From a virus: 17,358 nucleotides of DNA. The stretch covers positions 1-17,358 of the IMG/VR virus record IMGVR_UViG_3300045988_025728, one strand, 5' to 3'. Shown one piece after another: positions 1 to 5,115 of the stretch (positions are counted from its first letter, which is position 1; every line of letters begins with the position of its first letter). The notes beneath the pieces are model-generated. The model saw only the letters and a program-made list of their open reading frames with translations, was not told where the DNA came from and did not search any database. A program made the translations under genes and the position numbers.

Positions 1-119
1 AGTTGGTTGAACTTGGGGAGGAGCACTGACATGTGGTATTTCATCATCACTAATGAAACTTTTCAGGTGTTTGAGATTTTGCCTGACTGTGTGAAGCCTA
101 GTGGCATGTTTCATGCAAC
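1..119. repeat. Left inverted terminal repeat (ITR), 119 bp
   Basis: Nt 1-119 are the exact reverse complement of 17240-17358. Identity breaks at nt 120 (g, versus t in the mirrored right end). Terminal ITRs together with a protein-primed family-B polymerase are typical of phi29/Cp-1-type genomes, so this is the likely replication origin. Confidence 0.97.
26..54 (+). promoter_or_regulatory. Candidate inward-facing ITR promoter (CTGACA-17 nt-ACTAAT); mirrored at 17305-17333 on the minus strand
   Basis: CTGACA (26-31), a 17-nt spacer, then ACTAAT (49-54). The match to consensus is weak (5/6 and 4/6). It is proposed only because the terminal operons need a promoter and little sequence lies upstream. 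Confidence 0.25.
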
Positions 120-261
120 GTCGCTTAAGGCCGCATTAGACGGCGTTCTGTCTCATATTCGTGCCGCCTATGAGGGCATGGATGTGAGCGTTGATATTGA
201 TAATGCCACGTTTGACCTTGATAGTACTATGGTTGGAATGGTTAAGGTGGTGTTGGTATAA
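31..261 (+). CDS. ITR-initiated early protein, left copy (76 aa), unknown function
   Basis: ATG at 31 lies 7 nt after the strong SD GGGGAGGAG (15-23). The first 30 aa (MWYFIITNETFQVFEILPDCVKPSGMFHAT) are encoded in the ITR and are identical to the right-end ORF. The stop overlaps the next start (TAATG). An alternative start at ATG 106 (51 aa) applies if transcription begins inside the ITR. Confidence 0.55.
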   Translation: MWYFIITNETFQVFEILPDCVKPSGMFHATSLKAALDGVLSHIRAAYEGMDVSVDIDNATFDLDSTMVGMVKVVLV

Positions 262-262
262 T
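254..262 (+). promoter_or_regulatory. Candidate extended -10 promoter (TGGTATAAT)
   Basis: TG-n-TATAAT at 254-262, overlapping the stop/start junction. An ATG at 270 lies 7-8 nt downstream, so a leaderless start of the small membrane protein is possible. It matches the motif class seen at 2402, 4920, 5116 and 14783. Confidence 0.3.
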
Positions 263-428
263 GATTGGCATGATTGTTGCTGTCTGTATTCTTTCCGCGT
301 TGTTCCTTACAATGGCTGTTACAGTGTTTTGCGAGTTGCCGCGTACTGCTTGTGACGTGTTCTGCTTTTTGGCTATGCTTGTCGTAGCTGTGGCTATTGT
401 ATTGGTTTTTGTGGTGAAAGGTTTCTGA
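261..428 (+). CDS. Small hydrophobic protein, 55 aa, two predicted TM helices (below the ORF-track cut-off)
   Basis: My translation is MIGMIVAVCILSALFLTMAVTVFCELPRTACDVFCFLAMLVVAVAIVLVFVVKGF. It exactly fills the gap between flanking ORFs, with a TAATG overlap upstream and the next ATG 3 nt after its TGA. There are two hydrophobic stretches of about 20 aa. Confidence 0.55.
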   Translation: MIGMIVAVCILSALFLTMAVTVFCELPRTACDVFCFLAMLVVAVAIVLVFVVKGF

Positions 429-430
429 AA

Positions 431-679
431 ATGGTTAAGACTGATATGAAAGTCGCTACGTTTGACTCCCCGTTTGTGGGTGGAAGGGTTGAATTGTGGT
501 TTTGTCCTCATGGTGAACGGTACGAGCTGAGGTATGCCGTCCAGTTTTGTACACCGTGTGGCGGTGTATGTGGCGGGTCGGCCTTGTGTGCGTATGATGC
601 TGGGGACGGCTCACAAGTGGTTGATTTGATGCTGGATGCTATCGACATTGCCAATACCCCTCTCTTGGATAGGGGTTGA
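431..679 (+). CDS. Early hypothetical protein, 82 aa, Cys-rich (CPH...CTPC)
   Basis: ORF-track ORF with an ATG start directly after the preceding stop, consistent with operon packing. A zinc-binding C-x-H...C-x-x-C arrangement is possible. No family was recognised. Confidence 0.5.
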   Translation: MVKTDMKVATFDSPFVGGRVELWFCPHGERYELRYAVQFCTPCGGVCGGSALCAYDAGDGSQVVDLMLDAIDIANTPLLDRG

Positions 680-681
680 TT

Positions 682-885
682 ATGTATTTCCGTGGTTGGA
701 TCCATTCATGGACTTGTAGGAATTGTCCTTATGCTGACACGTATTGGCGCTTACGTGCGTTTTGGGTGGGAGCGAAACGTAGGGGTGACGCTTTCGCACC
801 GCCGAAACGGTACCCGAGTACGGACTTGTGGTTTGACATGTGGTGGCTCGGTGCCGAGTCCGGTGAGGGAGATTTGGAGTTTTGA
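682..885 (+). CDS. Early hypothetical protein, 67 aa, Trp-rich
   Basis: ATG 682 follows the SD-like AGGGG (672-676). The stop TGA (883-885) lies 2 nt before the next ATG. A competing + strand ORF in another frame (692-895, GTG start, no SD) makes this call uncertain. Confidence 0.4.
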   Translation: MYFRGWIHSWTCRNCPYADTYWRLRAFWVGAKRRGDAFAPPKRYPSTDLWFDMWWLGAESGEGDLEF

Positions 886-887
886 TC

Positions 888-1064
888 ATGTATGAGACTT
901 TTGTTGCACTGGCGTATTTGAGGCATGGCGATAACCCTCCTATCGAAGTGGGGTGTGCCACGTCATACGATAAGGCCGCTGAGCTTGTGCGTAAGTGGGC
1001 TGCGGTGCCCTCGCATACGAGGAATATCGCATATTTCCGGGTGGAAAGGCGCTATTATGTTTAA
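888..1064 (+). CDS. Early hypothetical protein, 58 aa
   Basis: ATG 888 is preceded by GGAG (875-878). Its end overlaps the next gene's ATG (1057). No family was recognised. Confidence 0.45.
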   Translation: MYETFVALAYLRHGDNPPIEVGCATSYDKAAELVRKWAAVPSHTRNIAYFRVERRYYV

Positions 1065-1575
1065 CCGTGGCAATGATAGGACGCCGATCTATCGCATGCG
1101 CCGGTTTGATGATGCGATCATGGAGTCGCCCCGTATTGTCAAGGCTACTCGGGGTCATGCCCGTGAGTTGAATCTCAGACGCTATGATATGGGTTATGGT
1201 GATTTTGAGACGTGTTGCCGTGCGGTCAATATGCTGTGCGAACTGTGGCGGGAAGCGCCTAGTGAATGGTTTACGCAAGCGGTGATTACTGTCTCACAGA
1301 TTTGCGGGAGCATGTGCATTGGCGATGGGCTCGCCGCCGCATTATCCCGTACGTATGACGTGGAATATCTGGACGGCACGGTGAACCCGCCTAACCTTAT
1401 TGCATGGTGTGCGGTCTGTGCTGTCAAGGGGGCTACGTCGTACGACTGTTGTACGGTTTTCGATAATCCGCAAGCTCAAAACCTGATTATTGCCGTGTTT
1501 AAAAATTTTGACAGACTCGACACGACTCGCTATAATGACAGTGAATTAGAAAAAATCTTACTGCAAGGGAGGTAA
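1057..1575 (+). CDS. Early hypothetical protein, 172 aa, Cys-rich
   Basis: This is the ORF-track frame 925-1575 trimmed to ATG 1057, which is preceded by GGAAAGG (1043-1049). The longer version would overlap the previous gene by 140 nt. No family was recognised. Confidence 0.55.
   Translation: MFNRGNDRTPIYRMRRFDDAIMESPRIVKATRGHARELNLRRYDMGYGDFETCCRAVNMLCELWREAPSEWFTQAVITVSQICGSMCIGDGLAAALSRTYDVEYLDGTVNPPNLIAWCAVCAVKGATSYDCCTVFDNPQAQNLIIAVFKNFDRLDTTRYNDSELEKILLQGR
1508..1536 (+). promoter_or_regulatory. Consensus sigma70/SigA-type promoter TTGACA-17 nt-TATAAT
   Basis: TTGACA (1508-1513), exactly 17 nt, then TATAAT (1531-1536). It is embedded in the 3' end of CDS 1057-1575 and sits about 40 nt upstream of the SD and TTG start of the next gene. 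Confidence 0.75.
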
Positions 1576-1578
1576 AAA

Positions 1579-1896
1579 TTGGCTAGAACCAAGGTTGACA
1601 TTTTCCGAACAAGAGTGTATGCCGTTCTTAAGGGCATGGAGCTTGTTGACGGTGATTTTATGGAAGCCGAGCATGTTATCGACGGGCGTTTGAAGGATGC
1701 TCGTGCGTATTCGATTCGTGCGAAAAAACTGTTTCCTAATTTCATTCCACGGTCTATTAATATTTTTTCGCAAAAGGTTTCCATGAATGAGGAAACTTTT
1801 TACAAGTATGCGACTTTTGAGGAACCGCAAGAGTGGAACCCCAACGAACATACAAACAAACGACACGCCGAAATTGAAAATAATGACGGCATGTGA
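1579..1896 (+). CDS. Hypothetical protein, 105 aa; by position a possible p6-like dsDNA-binding/replication accessory protein
   Basis: TTG start 6 nt after the strong SD GGGAGG (1568-1573). It lies upstream of the SSB-like, terminal protein and polymerase genes, as phi29 gene 6 (about 104 aa) does. The function is guessed from synteny only. Confidence 0.5.
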   Translation: MARTKVDIFRTRVYAVLKGMELVDGDFMEAEHVIDGRLKDARAYSIRAKKLFPNFIPRSINIFSQKVSMNEETFYKYATFEEPQEWNPNEHTNKRHAEIENNDGM

Positions 1897-1902
1897 TATA
1901 AA
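1894..1902 (+). promoter_or_regulatory. Candidate extended -10 promoter (TGATATAAA)
   Basis: TGTGATATAAA (1892-1902) overlaps the stop codon of the upstream gene. It is nearly identical to TGTGATATAAT at 14781-14791. Confidence 0.4.
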
Positions 1903-1905
1903 AGA

Positions 1906-1925
1906 TTTTAGGCATAAGCCTAAAA
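1906..1925 (+). other. Stem-loop TTTTAGGC-ATAA-GCCTAAAA
   Basis: Perfect 8-bp stem with a 4-nt loop, lying between the candidate -10 and the RBS of the SSB-like gene. No downstream T-tract on the + strand. Confidence 0.6.
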
Positions 1926-1960
1926 ACAAAAAACAATAACCATAAGGGAAGGTAAATATC

Positions 1961-2398
1961 ATGGAAAACACCAACACCGCACTTGTCGCATTCAATACCG
2001 AATCCACCGAACTTGGTACCGTCCAGCATTTTATCGACACTTCCACCCGCGAAGGCAAGATCAAGCTCTACTCGGCATTGCAGAACGCCGAAAAGCTCGA
2101 CGAACACCTCAACGAATCGTTGAACATGGTGAACGCAGTCGCACAGGCCGTACAGGTCACGGATGATCAGACGGGCGAAATCTCCAACACCGTGCGTGTC
2201 ATCATCGTGACCGATGATAACAAGGCGTACGCGGCCACCTCCCCCACTCTCGCCGCTGGACTGAACACCATGTTCGGTATCTTCGGCACCCCGAACACTT
2301 GGGAAGCGCCATTGGCTATCAAGGTAGTGGAACGCCGTTCTCGTCGTGGCTTCAAGTTTTTCAGCATTGAGCCGGTGGACGGTCAGGAAACCAAGTGA
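1961..2398 (+). CDS. Putative phage single-stranded DNA-binding protein (145 aa)
   Basis: SD AAGGGAAGG (1943-1951) precedes the ATG. The sequence pattern (..TREGKIKLYSA.., ..TGEISNTVRVIIVTDDNKAYAATS.., ..FGIFG..) resembles the lactococcal/streptococcal phage SSB family as I recall it. The position matches phi29 gene 5. Confidence 0.4.
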   Translation: MENTNTALVAFNTESTELGTVQHFIDTSTREGKIKLYSALQNAEKLDEHLNESLNMVNAVAQAVQVTDDQTGEISNTVRVIIVTDDNKAYAATSPTLAAGLNTMFGIFGTPNTWEAPLAIKVVERRSRRGFKFFSIEPVDGQETK

Positions 2399-2401
2399 AC
2401 T

Positions 2402-2410
2402 TGCTATAAT
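2402..2410 (+). promoter_or_regulatory. Candidate extended -10 promoter (TGCTATAAT)
   Basis: TG-n-TATAAT lies 4 nt after the stop of the SSB-like gene. The 9-mer is identical to the one at 4920-4928. Confidence 0.45.
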
Positions 2411-2432
2411 AACTGAGTAGCGTTCGTTCATA

Positions 2433-2457
2433 GAGAGCACCCACTTTGGGTGCTCTC
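2433..2457 (+). other. Stem-loop GAGAGCACCC-ACTTT-GGGTGCTCTC (attenuator/terminator or 5'-UTR hairpin)
   Basis: Perfect 10-bp GC-rich stem with no T-tract. It lies between the SSB-like gene and the putative terminal protein gene and covers the GTG at 2450, which argues against that start. Confidence 0.6.
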
Positions 2458-2479
2458 GCCATCTAAAAGGGTGCGCACT

Positions 2480-3448
2480 ATGTCCCGAAGCCGTAAGCAG
2501 AAGCATATTAAGGCACGTCAGGCCGCGCAAGCCCGTGTCGCACGTAACATCAAACAGCTTGGCGCTTACTCCCACTCGAATCTCGCCAAAACTGCAGACC
2601 AGCAATTAGTCAATATCGCCAAAACCTTAGGCAGGGAATGGGAGCGGCAGAAGAAACAGGCCATAGCGGAAGCGAAGGCAACCCCTTATCACGCTACTGC
2701 CGTGGAAAAGCCGACGAAAAAAGATTACATGTTTGCCCAGCGCACGCCCATCACCAATGCGCAAATCGACGCGGAACCGGTGGCAAAACGGCGCAAACTC
2801 TTAAGGCAACAGCAACGGAAAATCAACGCGGCACGACGGAAGATCAACGAATGGAACAAGGCGCAAGCCATGCCCCAGCGAAGCGTGTTTGATCAGCGCG
2901 TGGCAGAACTTGAAGGCAGTACGGGCGAGGGTTTCGGACGTAATCAGATCATCTCGTCAAAGCTTACGGACTTTTTGCAAATGACCAATGTGTTGAGCGA
3001 TGAAGCGTTCGTGCGCAGCCAATTGGAGAGCGGACACCGAAACGAATTGCGTGAGCAGATGCATGATGTGGCCGAAATATTGGGACTGCGTACCGAGCAA
3101 AAACGTAAACCGTCTAAAAAGCCGAGAACTGGCAAACAGACTGAAGACTTGTATGGCGATCATGATTGGCCGTCCTATATGAGTCGCGGACGTTACGAAG
3201 TGTTCGAGAAGATACTGGCCACTACGCTTGGCTCGAAACGGTTGAAACGGTTCCGTCAACTGTCGGCCGCGCAAAAACGTGCGTTCATCGAACAGACTGA
3301 CGCCCCCCGTATCGTGTTCGATTGGACGGTATATGACCCCGTCCGCCACGGTCTCACGTCGGTGTTCCGGGACAACAGCGAGGGATATCAGCGCTCACGG
3401 CGGCAGTTCGACCGGTGGCTGGCGGAAGCGGGCGCACTGGAAAAGTAG
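2480..3448 (+). CDS. Putative terminal protein (322 aa)
   Basis: It lies immediately upstream of the protein-primed polymerase, as in phi29 and Cp-1. The N-terminus is very basic (MSRSRKQKHIKARQAAQARVARNIKQ) and there is an internal KRRKLLRQQQRKINAARRK stretch. ATG 2480 was chosen over GTG 2450, which sits inside the hairpin. No direct sequence recognition. Confidence 0.5.
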   Translation: MSRSRKQKHIKARQAAQARVARNIKQLGAYSHSNLAKTADQQLVNIAKTLGREWERQKKQAIAEAKATPYHATAVEKPTKKDYMFAQRTPITNAQIDAEPVAKRRKLLRQQQRKINAARRKINEWNKAQAMPQRSVFDQRVAELEGSTGEGFGRNQIISSKLTDFLQMTNVLSDEAFVRSQLESGHRNELREQMHDVAEILGLRTEQKRKPSKKPRTGKQTEDLYGDHDWPSYMSRGRYEVFEKILATTLGSKRLKRFRQLSAAQKRAFIEQTDAPRIVFDWTVYDPVRHGLTSVFRDNSEGYQRSRRQFDRWLAEAGALEK

Positions 3449-3475
3449 CGGTCGGCAATCAAGGGAAGTTATACT

Positions 3476-4927
3476 ATGGTAGTGCAGGATAATAGGGTGG
3501 GATTATGGTGTGCGGATAACGTCATACGATTCACGGGCGGAACCGCATTGCGTGATGTTGTCCAACCTAATCGCCTTTTGGCGTCCATCATGACAGGCGG
3601 CAAACTCACCGTCTACGTGACTAATCCAGATTTGCTCGACCCCTTTATAGCGCACGTCGTACACGCATTGCCCCACAACGAACACAACGCTAACCTGAGC
3701 TGGGATGCCATAGTGTCCAAAAAGGGAAAATTTTTCAGCTTCACGGTGCGTATCGACCGTAACAATTCCGCACGATTTTTCGACATTTCCAATCTCTTGC
3801 GGGAAAACTGCCGTCTCACCATGCCCGATGCCCAGCTACTCAATATTCTGCGCGAGTACGATAATCGCAACTTGTGCAAGATCACGGCAGGCGGCGCGAG
3901 CATGGAGGCTTTTGCGGCTGGTGAGTGGAAGTGGTATTACGACAAATTCCCCCAACTTGAGGAAGAGACTAAAAAGTCACTGCATGACGCCTATGTCGGC
4001 GGATTTATGATCGCAAAAGAAGGCATGTACGGTAAGGCTATCGACGTTGACTGCAACTCCATGTATCCGAGCATTCTACGGGATGAATGGCTTCCGTGGG
4101 GTGAACCCGAACCATACGAAGGAAAATACGAAGAAGATAGTAACATGCCATTGCATTGTGATGAACTCACGTTTCGCGCGGACCTCAAACCAAACGGATA
4201 CCCCTTTTTATTGGACAATCGCAGTGTCTACGGACTTAATAGGCTCACTTCCACCCGTGGCTACATCACCCGCGTATTGACTGACATAGATCAACAGCTT
4301 TTATACGAGAATTATGAAGTGAGCGTCTACAAGCATGTGCGAGGGTGGAAATTCCGCCGCTCCAAAGGCTTTTTCCGCTCGTTCGTGGACGAATGGGGAG
4401 GGTTAAAACAGAAGGCGACGGGCGAGAAACGGCAAATGGCGAAACTGATCATGAACGCTCTCGTGGGCAAAATGGCGAGTCTGCCCAAAGGTTCCGTCAT
4501 GCTCCCCACCTCAAAAGACGGCATTACCCTCGACTGGGATATTGCGCAACGTGAGGAATCGAATTTGAAAACCGATTTTCTCCCCGTGCCCGTATGGGTG
4601 AATGCTTACGCGAGAAAAAAGCTTATGACCGTCTGCCGTGCAAACTCAGATCGGCTACTATATGCCAATACGGACGGGTGCATATTGTCAGGTTGGGGGC
4701 CGGTGGAATCATGTGACATTCACCCGACTGAATTGGGTAAGTGGAAGATCGCCGCCCGATACGAAAAACTGACTATTCTCGGTATGAACCGGTATCAAGG
4801 ATGGAGAGCAGACGGGGAGGTTGACGTATGCATGGCCGGAAACATGTTCTCACAACCCATACCTTACGAAGATTTTCGACATGGGGTGCAGGTCATGGAT
4901 GATTACGGGACAATGGTCATGCTATAA
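3476..4927 (+). CDS. Protein-primed family-B DNA polymerase (483 aa, compact)
   Basis: Motif A is DVDCNSMYPS, pre-motif A is AYVGGF, motif B is KLIMNALVGK and motif C is LYANTDG. LPWGEPEPYEGKY parallels phi29 LPYGEPIVFEGKY, and ITAGGASMEAF parallels phi29 MTAGSDSLKGF. SD AAGGGAAG lies 7 nt upstream of the ATG. Confidence 0.9.
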   Translation: MVVQDNRVGLWCADNVIRFTGGTALRDVVQPNRLLASIMTGGKLTVYVTNPDLLDPFIAHVVHALPHNEHNANLSWDAIVSKKGKFFSFTVRIDRNNSARFFDISNLLRENCRLTMPDAQLLNILREYDNRNLCKITAGGASMEAFAAGEWKWYYDKFPQLEEETKKSLHDAYVGGFMIAKEGMYGKAIDVDCNSMYPSILRDEWLPWGEPEPYEGKYEEDSNMPLHCDELTFRADLKPNGYPFLLDNRSVYGLNRLTSTRGYITRVLTDIDQQLLYENYEVSVYKHVRGWKFRRSKGFFRSFVDEWGGLKQKATGEKRQMAKLIMNALVGKMASLPKGSVMLPTSKDGITLDWDIAQREESNLKTDFLPVPVWVNAYARKKLMTVCRANSDRLLYANTDGCILSGWGPVESCDIHPTELGKWKIAARYEKLTILGMNRYQGWRADGEVDVCMAGNMFSQPIPYEDFRHGVQVMDDYGTMVML

Positions 4928-4928
4928 T
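4920..4928 (+). promoter_or_regulatory. Candidate extended -10 promoter (TGCTATAAT) for the non-coding RNA
   Basis: TG-n-TATAAT overlaps the polymerase stop codon (TAA 4925-4927). The predicted start at about 4934-4936 coincides with the first base pairs of the RNA's closing helix. Confidence 0.5.
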
Positions 4929-4932
4929 GCCT

Positions 4933-5104
4933 ATTGTCTTCCTGAGCGTCGATTTTCGACTGGGAATAACACGGGTCGGACTGCCACGGCTGAGAATGCC
5001 GCCGACCGTGAAAATCACTATCGTGGCGGTAGTGCCCTACGATTTTCAACTCGCGCTCACATAAGACAGTTTCGACCCCGCGTGATTGCGGGGTCATTTA
5101 TTTT
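4933..5104 (+). ncRNA. Candidate structured non-coding RNA (about 170 nt), pRNA-like architecture
   Basis: No SD-preceded ORF lies inside. The closing helix pairs 4933-4940 with 5063-5070 and 4943-4950 with 5052-5059. Hairpin H2 pairs 4970-4979 with 5002-5010 and carries the bulge ACUGCCA. Hairpin H3 pairs 5011-5016 with 5041-5046 and has the apical loop GUGGC. Loop UGGC (5024-5027) is complementary to bulge GCCA (4983-4986). The unit ends in an intrinsic terminator. Folded by hand only. Confidence 0.5.
5074..5104 (+). terminator. Rho-independent terminator
   Basis: GACCCCGC (5074-5081), loop GTGATT, GCGGGGTC (5088-5095), then ATTTATTTT. Confidence 0.85.
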
Positions 5105-5115
5105 CTCCCGCCGCA

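Noticed and set aside
7-261. Longer versions of ORFs given by the track: TTG 7 (and 17352), 925-1575, 2450-3448, 9544, 10365-11300, 11323, 676, 882
   Set aside because: In each case an internal ATG with a properly spaced Shine-Dalgarno gives a start that abuts or minimally overlaps the upstream stop. The longer forms would overlap the upstream gene extensively, or start inside a hairpin (2450), or lie too close to the SD (9544, 7).
1757-2605. 282-aa minus-strand ORF spanning the SSB-like gene and two intergenic regions
   Set aside because: It is an in-register antisense shadow of CDS 1961-2398. It crosses the promoter and hairpin elements, has no RBS, and all neighbouring real genes are on the + strand.
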